Shown here: one piece after another, positions 5,834 to 11,744 of the stretch | Layout: each line of letters starts with the position of its first letter | Numbering within the stretch: position 1 is the stretch's first letter | From: Thermoproteota archaeon | GTDB lineage: Archaea > Thermoproteota > EX4484-205 > JAAOZP01 | Reading direction: 5' to 3' | DNA: 11,744 bases | NCBI GenBank assembly: GCA_049700215.1 | Contig: JBNAVT010000044.1 | Span: forward strand, 1-11,744 | Program-made: the position numbers and the translations under genes | Notes under the pieces: model-generated | The model's database searches: none | What the model was told of the DNA's origin: nothing | What the model saw: only the letters and a program-made list of their open reading frames with translations

Positions 5834-7667
5834 CCTCCTCCGCCTCCCTAGATAAGCCGAGCTCTAAAAGCTTGCGTTTCAACGGTATTCCATCCCTGCT
5901 CCAGCCCCTGCACTCGTAGTAGCCGTCTAAAGCCTCCTCGTACTCCTCCCTCTTTATAACCGCCCCCTTGACAACGTCGTCTGGCAACGGATCTTCGAAA
6001 GCCCTTGGAGGCGGGTAGTCGTCCCTCCTGGTTACGCCGCACTTAACGTTGAAGCATCTCGCAGCATTGTGTATTCTCTCACCCGCCTTCAGGATCTGCT
6101 CGCCACTCATGCTTAAACCGGTTACAAGCGTGTAGAGCTTAGCAAGCTCATCCATTGATTGGAAAACTCCTCTGGTGAACTTGCATATTATTAGCGAGTC
6201 TATCACAGCATACTGGTTCTCACCGTCGTAAACTATCTTCCCCCTGCTTTTTTCAAGCCTAAGCCTGTCAACCTTGCCTTTAACATCAACCTGGTAAGAG
6301 CCTGACCTAAGGTAGTCCGCACCCCTGTTTGAGACGGCGAAGCCGAGCGTTGATGTTTGCAGAGACCTTAACTCGTACGCGGCCCACTCAAGCCCTTTGC
6401 AATGCACAGCAAACCTCTCTGAGCCCTTCCCGACTATTTGAGAAGCCCTCCTAACCCCCTCGCTGAGAAGCTTTCCAAGCCTACCCTCTTTAAGACACAT
6501 CCTCCTCAGGGCCTCAAGCAGGGCCTCGTTGCTGCCGAACCTGAGCTCAACACCGTCAGTATCCTCCTTCGTCAGAACACCCTTCTCGAAACACTCCATG
6601 GCCCATCCCACCACGTTGCCAGCGGAAATCGTGTCGACGCCAAGCGTGTCGCAAATCTCAACAGCCTTGGTTACAGCATCCAGGCTACGGATGCCGCAGT
6701 TAGGCCCTAGGAGCGCTAGGCTCTCGTAGTCGACGCTTGAAACCGTGCCAGCGTAGTCCTCCCTAGCCTGGTTAACATGGTCGCAAGCTATGGGGCAGCC
6801 TGCGCAAGCAACAATCTTCTTAACATGCGTCTTAAGCATCATCTCCCCGGAGACTTCCTCAGCATACTCGAACGTGCCCCTCTGGAAATTGTAGGACGGT
6901 AGGCACCCGAGCTTGTTGTGCACGAGAATGTTCGCAGGCGTCCCGTAGAGCCTGTACTTCTCCGTCGCAGGCCCCTGGCAGCGCTCGTTCAGCTCAGCCA
7001 CAAACCTTACGAGGCCCTCTGGGTCCGCGACCTCGACATCCCTAGTCCCCCTTGCTGCGACAGCCTTAAGGTTCTTAGAGCCCATTACGGCGCCGAGGCC
7101 GCACCTGCCGACCTGCCTGTTCCTCTCGTTCGTAATGTTCGCAAGCCTAACCATCCTCTCGCCAGCCGGGCCTATGGATGCGACTGTGAAAGACTCGTCT
7201 CCAAGCTCCTCCTTAATCATCTCCTCAGTCTCCCAGGTTGTCCTGCCCCAGATGCTTGAAGCACTCCGAAGCTCAATATTCTCGTCGTCGATCATAAGGT
7301 AGACTGGTTTCTCAGACCTGCCTGTGAACACGACGCCATCCCAGCCTGCGCTCTTAAACTCCGACGCGAAAAGACCCGAGGAGATTCCGAAGCCGAAGAT
7401 GCCTGTCAAAGGTGATTTCGCGAAAACAGCATACTTGTTCCCGGCTGTCGAAATCGTTCCCGCCAGCGGCCCAGTCCACCAGATTAAAACGTTCTCAGGT
7501 GAAAACGGGTCTACCTCCGCAGGCTTAGGCATCATGTCGTAAAGCATCCTTGCCCCAAACCCGTAGCCGCCTATGTAGTTTAACGCTAGAGACTCGTCAA
7601 TCTTTCCGACGGCTGTCTTGCCGCGTGTCAAGTCGACCATCAAGTATTTCCCAACGTAGCCCTTCAA
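5817..7667 (-). CDS. aor: Tungsten-containing aldehyde:ferredoxin oxidoreductase family protein
   Basis: KSPLTG, SIGPAGE, GRCGLGAVMGSKNLKAV, CAGCPIAC, DYES, DTLGVDTIS, DSLIICKF and YYECRGW; 616 aa; GGAGG before the TTG. Confidence 0.95.
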   Translation of the reverse strand: MKGYVGKYLMVDLTRGKTAVGKIDESLALNYIGGYGFGARMLYDMMPKPAEVDPFSPENVLIWWTGPLAGTISTAGNKYAVFAKSPLTGIFGFGISSGLFASEFKSAGWDGVVFTGRSEKPVYLMIDDENIELRSASSIWGRTTWETEEMIKEELGDESFTVASIGPAGERMVRLANITNERNRQVGRCGLGAVMGSKNLKAVAARGTRDVEVADPEGLVRFVAELNERCQGPATEKYRLYGTPANILVHNKLGCLPSYNFQRGTFEYAEEVSGEMMLKTHVKKIVACAGCPIACDHVNQAREDYAGTVSSVDYESLALLGPNCGIRSLDAVTKAVEICDTLGVDTISAGNVVGWAMECFEKGVLTKEDTDGVELRFGSNEALLEALRRMCLKEGRLGKLLSEGVRRASQIVGKGSERFAVHCKGLEWAAYELRSLQTSTLGFAVSNRGADYLRSGSYQVDVKGKVDRLRLEKSRGKIVYDGENQYAVIDSLIICKFTRGVFQSMDELAKLYTLVTGLSMSGEQILKAGERIHNAARCFNVKCGVTRRDDYPPPRAFEDPLPDDVVKGAVIKREEYEEALDGYYECRGWSRDGIPLKRKLLELGLSREAEEVGVEA

Positions 7668-7670
7668 ACC

Positions 7671-7964
7671 CTATCCTCCTCCAGCCACCGAGGGGGCTAG
7701 AACAATCCTGTCGCCAGGGTTAACACGGTGCTCGCTAATCCTGCTAAGGTCAACAACCCTCCCGTTAACTATTATTAGAGAAGATTCCTCCATGGGCTTA
7801 CCGTCAGGCCCTATGAACTCTGAGCGTAAATCGGTTTTCGTGACCCTGCTAAGCTCCTCGAGGACCTCCAGTAGGCTGGCACCGGGTTTCACATTAATCT
7901 TCATGCTCCTCCTGTTGAAGATTTTTCGGAACCTTCCCACCAGCTCCAGCTCCACCTCGCTCAC
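7671..7964 (-). CDS. moaD: MoaD/ThiS/SAMP ubiquitin-like sulfur carrier
   Basis: IIVNGR...GDRIVLAPSVAGGG with C-terminal di-glycine; first gene of the aor operon. Confidence 0.88.
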   Translation of the reverse strand: MSEVELELVGRFRKIFNRRSMKINVKPGASLLEVLEELSRVTKTDLRSEFIGPDGKPMEESSLIIVNGRVVDLSRISEHRVNPGDRIVLAPSVAGGG

Positions 7965-7971
7965 AATAGGC

Positions 7972-8037
7972 TAGAATGCTTTTAAGCATGATATAAGATT
8001 TTTCTAAGGCCCCCCAAGCATTCTAAAAGTTTTTCTA
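7972..8037. promoter_or_regulatory. Divergent promoter region with repeated AAGCAT(TCTA) half-sites
   Basis: TAGAATGCTT (7972-7981) / AAGCATTCTA (8016-8025) form a perfect 10-bp inverted repeat. ATGCTT-tt-AAGCAT lies at 7976-7989. Minus-strand BRE/TATA is GAAAAATCTTATA. Confidence 0.55.
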
Positions 8038-8065
8038 CTGCTTTCCGAGGCTTTCCCCAGGTTAA

Positions 8066-8887
8066 TTGGCGACAAGGCTGGCTGAGGATGCTACGCTGCT
8101 GACTGTTGAGAGGCGTTTCTACACTGATTACGTTCAACTAGTCCTCGACAGGAGCAAGTGTATCTTCTGCGACGTCTGCATCAAGATGTGCCCCAAGAGC
8201 ACGATCAGGCTTTCGAGGAAAGAGGATGGCTCGCTAACCCTTAAAATAGGGGAGGAGTGTAGCCTCTGCGGCGCGTGCGAACCATTCTGCCCAACTGGCG
8301 CAATAACCATGACGGTTAACGGTAGGCGCGTCAACCCGCTGGTCTCCTCAGGAGGCTTCCCCCTCCCACTGCCTAAGATAAGGGTGGACCAGGCGAAATG
8401 CAGGAGAGACTGCTTCGAATGCTCCAAAGCCTGCCCCACGGGAGCTTTAAAAATAGACTCTGCGCACAACGTTAAGGTTGACGAGGAGAAGTGTTTAAGA
8501 TGCCCGTGGTGCGAGGACGCTTGCCCAGAGAAAGCGGTGAAGGTAAACCCGTTGTTTGAGGGAACAGTTTTCATAGACGAGTCTAAGTGCGAGGAGAAGT
8601 GCGACGCCTGCGTTGAAGCCTGCCCGACTAAAGCCATCGCTAAAACCGGTGGAAGAATACGAGTCAACCCTAGGTACTGCATACTCTGCAACGCCTGCAT
8701 CCATCTGGATGTCTGCAGGAACCGTGCGATAACCGTGGTCAGGCGGAGAGTCCTACACGGGGAGGGCTTCTCAGCAGTCTGGGCTAACGCTGTCGAGAAC
8801 CTCCTGGGTGGAAAACCCTTGGCGAGGGAGCTGGACTCTGAAGGCTACCGGAGGGTCAGGAGGCTGGTTGAGGAGGCGAGGCTCTGA
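8066..8887 (+). CDS. Polyferredoxin, 6x[4Fe-4S], FwdF-like
   Basis: Six Cys motifs: CIFCDVCIKMCP, CSLCGACEPFCP, CRRDCFECSKACP, CLRCPWCEDACP, CEEKCDACVEACP and CILCNACIHLDVC. The N-terminal VERR...LVLDRSKC resembles FwdF. TGATG overlap with hdrA. Confidence 0.88.
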   Translation: MATRLAEDATLLTVERRFYTDYVQLVLDRSKCIFCDVCIKMCPKSTIRLSRKEDGSLTLKIGEECSLCGACEPFCPTGAITMTVNGRRVNPLVSSGGFPLPLPKIRVDQAKCRRDCFECSKACPTGALKIDSAHNVKVDEEKCLRCPWCEDACPEKAVKVNPLFEGTVFIDESKCEEKCDACVEACPTKAIAKTGGRIRVNPRYCILCNACIHLDVCRNRAITVVRRRVLHGEGFSAVWANAVENLLGGKPLARELDSEGYRRVRRLVEEARL

Positions 8888-11322
8888 TGAGCGGGGAGCC
8901 GAGGATAGGCGTCTTCGTATGCCACTGCGGGAAGAACATCGCCGGCACGGTTGACGTCGCGAAGGTCGCCGAGTACGCTAAAACCCTCCCGAGCGTAGTG
9001 TACTCCACCCATAATCTTTACACGTGCTCCGACGCCGGCCAGGCTGAGATAAAGAGGATAATTAGTGAACACGGGCTTAACAGGGTTGTCGTAGCAGCCT
9101 GCAGCCCGAAGATGCATGAGCCCACTTTCAGAGCATGCGTCTCAGAAGCAGGTTTAAACCCGTACCTGTTTGAAATGGCTAACATAAGGGAGCACTGCTC
9201 CTGGGTACACGCGAGAGACCCTGAGGGCGCAACTAGGAAGGCGATGGACCTTGTTAAAATGGCTGTGGCGAAGGCTCGCCTCCTAGAGCCTCTTGAGCCG
9301 ATAATCGTCCCAGTTGAGAAAACCCTGCTCGTCATAGGCGGAGGGATAGCTGGAATGAGGGCTGCGCTCGACGTCGCCGACTCAGGGTACAGCGTTATAC
9401 TTGTTGAGAAAAACCCGGGCCTCGGGGGGAAGACGATGCTTCTTGGAAAAACATTCCCCACGGTTGACTGCACAGCCTGCCTCGTCAACGAGATGGTTAG
9501 CAGGGTTCTCACACACCCACGCATAAGGGTTCTCACGCTCTCCGAGGTTGCTGCAGTAGACGGGTACGTGGGGAACTTCATGGTTACAGTGAGGAGGAAG
9601 CCGTCGCGAGTCTCGGAGAAGTGCGTGGGATGCGGGAGATGCGTTGAAAAATGCCCCGTCCAGGTTGACGAGGAGTTCAGCCACGGGTTGTCCAAGAGGA
9701 GGGCGATCTACCTGGTTGAGAAAACCCAGGGTAACCCTGCATGCGAACAGGGCTTGGAGAAAATACTTCATGTTCAGGGCCTCGTCGGTAAACCGTTGGC
9801 AGCGGTAATAGACGGGGAGAACTGCACGGGCTGCGGGAAATGCGTTGAAGCATGCCCCGTTAACGCGATAAACCTTAAGGCCCCGGGAATCGAGGAAGTA
9901 TTCAAGGTTGGAGCAATAATCCTCGCAACAGGCTTCGACCTCTTCAACCCGTTGAGGAAGCCGGAGTACGGCTACGGCAGGCTTAGAAACGTTTTGACAA
10001 GCATGGAGCTTGAGAGAATGCTGACGCCCGACGGGCCAACCCGAGGCGAGCCGGTAAGACCCTCAGACGGGAAGCCGGCTGGGAGAATAGCGTTCATACA
10101 GTGCGTGGGCTGCAGGGATGAGCAGACAAACATCTACTGCTCAAGAATATGCTGCATGATAACCCTTAAGCAAGCAATACTCCTTAAGAGGAAGAACCCT
10201 GATACTGAGGTAACCGTGTACTACATAGATGTTAGAGCAGGGGGGAAAGAGTATGAAACAATATTCAGAATTGCGAGGGAGAAGGGAGTGAGATTCATCA
10301 GGGGCAGACCCAGCGGAGTCGAGGAAGCAGGCGGAATGCTTAAGATACAGGCGGAGGACACTCTGAGCGGAGAGAGAACAGAGGAGAATTACGACCTCGT
10401 AGTCCTCGCGACAGGAATGCAGCCCTCGGAAGGCATGGATAAGCTTGGAGAAATACTTAGAGTGCCGAGAGACCAGTACGGATTCTTCATGGAGGCGCAC
10501 ATCAAGCTTAAACCGGTTGAAACGGTCGTAAACGGCATATTCCTAGCGGGCTCGTGCGCAGGACCAACAGACATACCGATGACGATAGCCAGGGGGCATG
10601 CGGCAGCATCGAAAACACTAATGCTATTCTCAAAGGACTTCATGGAGCTCGAACCAATAATAAGCTACGTCGACCCGTTGAAATGCAAAGGATGTCTAGC
10701 ATGCACAAAAATGTGCCCGTTCCAAGCGTTGAAGCCGGTGGAAGCCGAGGGCAGGAGAATAATACAGGTCACGCAGTCAATGTGCGCAGGATGCGGAACA
10801 TGCACAGCAGGCTGCCCCTTCGGAGCCCTAAACCAACACCACTTCACAGACGAACAAATATTTGCGCAAATCGATGCAGCCCTAGAGGAAAATCCCAAAG
10901 AAAAAATTATAAGTTTCAATTGTAACTGGTGTTCATACGCGGGCGCTGACTTCGCAGGAGTGTCTAGGCTCGGGTATCCTTCAAGCGTGAGGATAATCAG
11001 GGTAATGTGCTCAGGCAGGGTCAGCGAGAAAATGATTCTGAGAGCATTCGAGAAGGGGGCAGGCATGGTTCTCGTCGCGCCGTGTCATCCGAGCGATTGT
11101 CACTACATTAGCGGCAACGAGTGGGCTAAGAGGAGGGTTGAGGCTCTCAAGAAGAAGCTCGGCAAGATGGGTGTTAATCCTGACCGTTTATGGTTCGTTT
11201 ATGTTTCCGCCGCTGAGGGCAATGTGTATCAGAATACAATTATTAAAATGAATGAATATTTGCAGAAGCTTAAGAATGGCGAGGTAAGTTGGGGTGTTGA
11301 GGAGGCTAAGGCGGTAGTCTAG
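8887..11322 (+). CDS. hdrA: Heterodisulfide reductase subunit A fused to a C-terminal MvhD [2Fe-2S] domain
   Basis: VFVCHCG, ACSPKMHEPTF, ANIREHCSWVH, GGGIAG, KTFPTVDC, inserted and C-terminal ferredoxin pairs, and YCSRICCM. From about 10900 the MvhD motifs CNWCSYAGAD, RVMCSGRV, CHPSDCHY and VSAAEG appear. Confidence 0.95.
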   Translation: MSGEPRIGVFVCHCGKNIAGTVDVAKVAEYAKTLPSVVYSTHNLYTCSDAGQAEIKRIISEHGLNRVVVAACSPKMHEPTFRACVSEAGLNPYLFEMANIREHCSWVHARDPEGATRKAMDLVKMAVAKARLLEPLEPIIVPVEKTLLVIGGGIAGMRAALDVADSGYSVILVEKNPGLGGKTMLLGKTFPTVDCTACLVNEMVSRVLTHPRIRVLTLSEVAAVDGYVGNFMVTVRRKPSRVSEKCVGCGRCVEKCPVQVDEEFSHGLSKRRAIYLVEKTQGNPACEQGLEKILHVQGLVGKPLAAVIDGENCTGCGKCVEACPVNAINLKAPGIEEVFKVGAIILATGFDLFNPLRKPEYGYGRLRNVLTSMELERMLTPDGPTRGEPVRPSDGKPAGRIAFIQCVGCRDEQTNIYCSRICCMITLKQAILLKRKNPDTEVTVYYIDVRAGGKEYETIFRIAREKGVRFIRGRPSGVEEAGGMLKIQAEDTLSGERTEENYDLVVLATGMQPSEGMDKLGEILRVPRDQYGFFMEAHIKLKPVETVVNGIFLAGSCAGPTDIPMTIARGHAAASKTLMLFSKDFMELEPIISYVDPLKCKGCLACTKMCPFQALKPVEAEGRRIIQVTQSMCAGCGTCTAGCPFGALNQHHFTDEQIFAQIDAALEENPKEKIISFNCNWCSYAGADFAGVSRLGYPSSVRIIRVMCSGRVSEKMILRAFEKGAGMVLVAPCHPSDCHYISGNEWAKRRVEALKKKLGKMGVNPDRLWFVYVSAAEGNVYQNTIIKMNEYLQKLKNGEVSWGVEEAKAVV

Positions 11323-11353
11323 TTGGAGGATAGTTGCAGCAGTTAACAGTGTT

Positions 11354-11744
11354 TTAGCTTTCTATTTTACTGAGCATCTTCTTATGAAACTCTTTATACT
11401 CTTTCTTGAAGCCCTTGTCATACAGCTTTCTTGCAGCTGAGACTGCTTCAACCCTCTTCTTTATCTCCTCGAACTTCCTGTCTTCATCCATGCCTCTGGA
11501 GTCAAAGCAAGAGGCAAAGAACGTCGTCCAGTGGCGACTCCTCTCGTCTACCACGACTTTGACCACAATCCCGAACCTCCTGCTAATCTCTTTAGCTATT
11601 TTGTCAGCCCATAGCAGACGTGTGAAAGCATACTTGTAAGGCTTCTTCAAATGCTTCTCAATATTTCTCCTATTTATGAAGTCGTCTAGTATCTCCCTCT
11701 CTTTCCTATCTATTCTGGCGGAGACTTCCTCCCATTTTCTCTTC
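11354..11744 (-). CDS. Hypothetical protein, partial (start lies beyond window end)
   Basis: The frame of track ORF 11354..11650 stays open to the window edge (KRKWEEVSARIDRKEREILDDFINRRNIEKHLKKPY...). Charged, with no recognised motif. Confidence 0.7.
   Translation of the reverse strand, partial: KRKWEEVSARIDRKEREILDDFINRRNIEKHLKKPYKYAFTRLLWADKIAKEISRRFGIVVKVVVDERSRHWTTFFASCFDSRGMDEDRKFEEIKKRVEAVSAARKLYDKGFKKEYKEFHKKMLSKIES

Noticed and set aside
143-11639. Remaining track ORFs (e.g. 8134..8700, 9018..9695, 5493..5855, 3888..4196, 10665..11066)
   Set aside because: They are antisense or alternate-frame shadows of well-supported genes and show no recognisable motifs.

Overview
Archaeal window, probably from a TACK-type anaerobe such as a Bathyarchaeia/Brockarchaeota-like lineage. 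This is inferred from gene content, BRE/TATA promoters and frequent TTG/GTG leaderless starts. From left to right it holds: a partial IS200/IS605 tnpB with a degenerate 5' end; an A24 (prepilin/preflagellin-type) peptidase; pyruvoyl-dependent arginine decarboxylase; a PHP phosphoesterase; an 18-aa lysine-rich micro-gene missed by the ORF track (MAAKKKAKKKTKKATKKC) with its own promoter and terminator; a DHH/RecJ-like nuclease; and an HtrA protease. Then comes a divergent redox locus, with MoaD / tungsten aldehyde oxidoreductase / 4x[4Fe-4S] protein on the minus strand and an FwdF-like polyferredoxin plus HdrA-MvhD fusion on the plus strand. Two further probable IS200/IS605 fragments lie in intergenic regions. 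The top leads are the micro-gene and a possible AOR-HdrA/MvhD electron-bifurcating module with a shared operator. All family calls come from motif recognition by eye; no searches were run.
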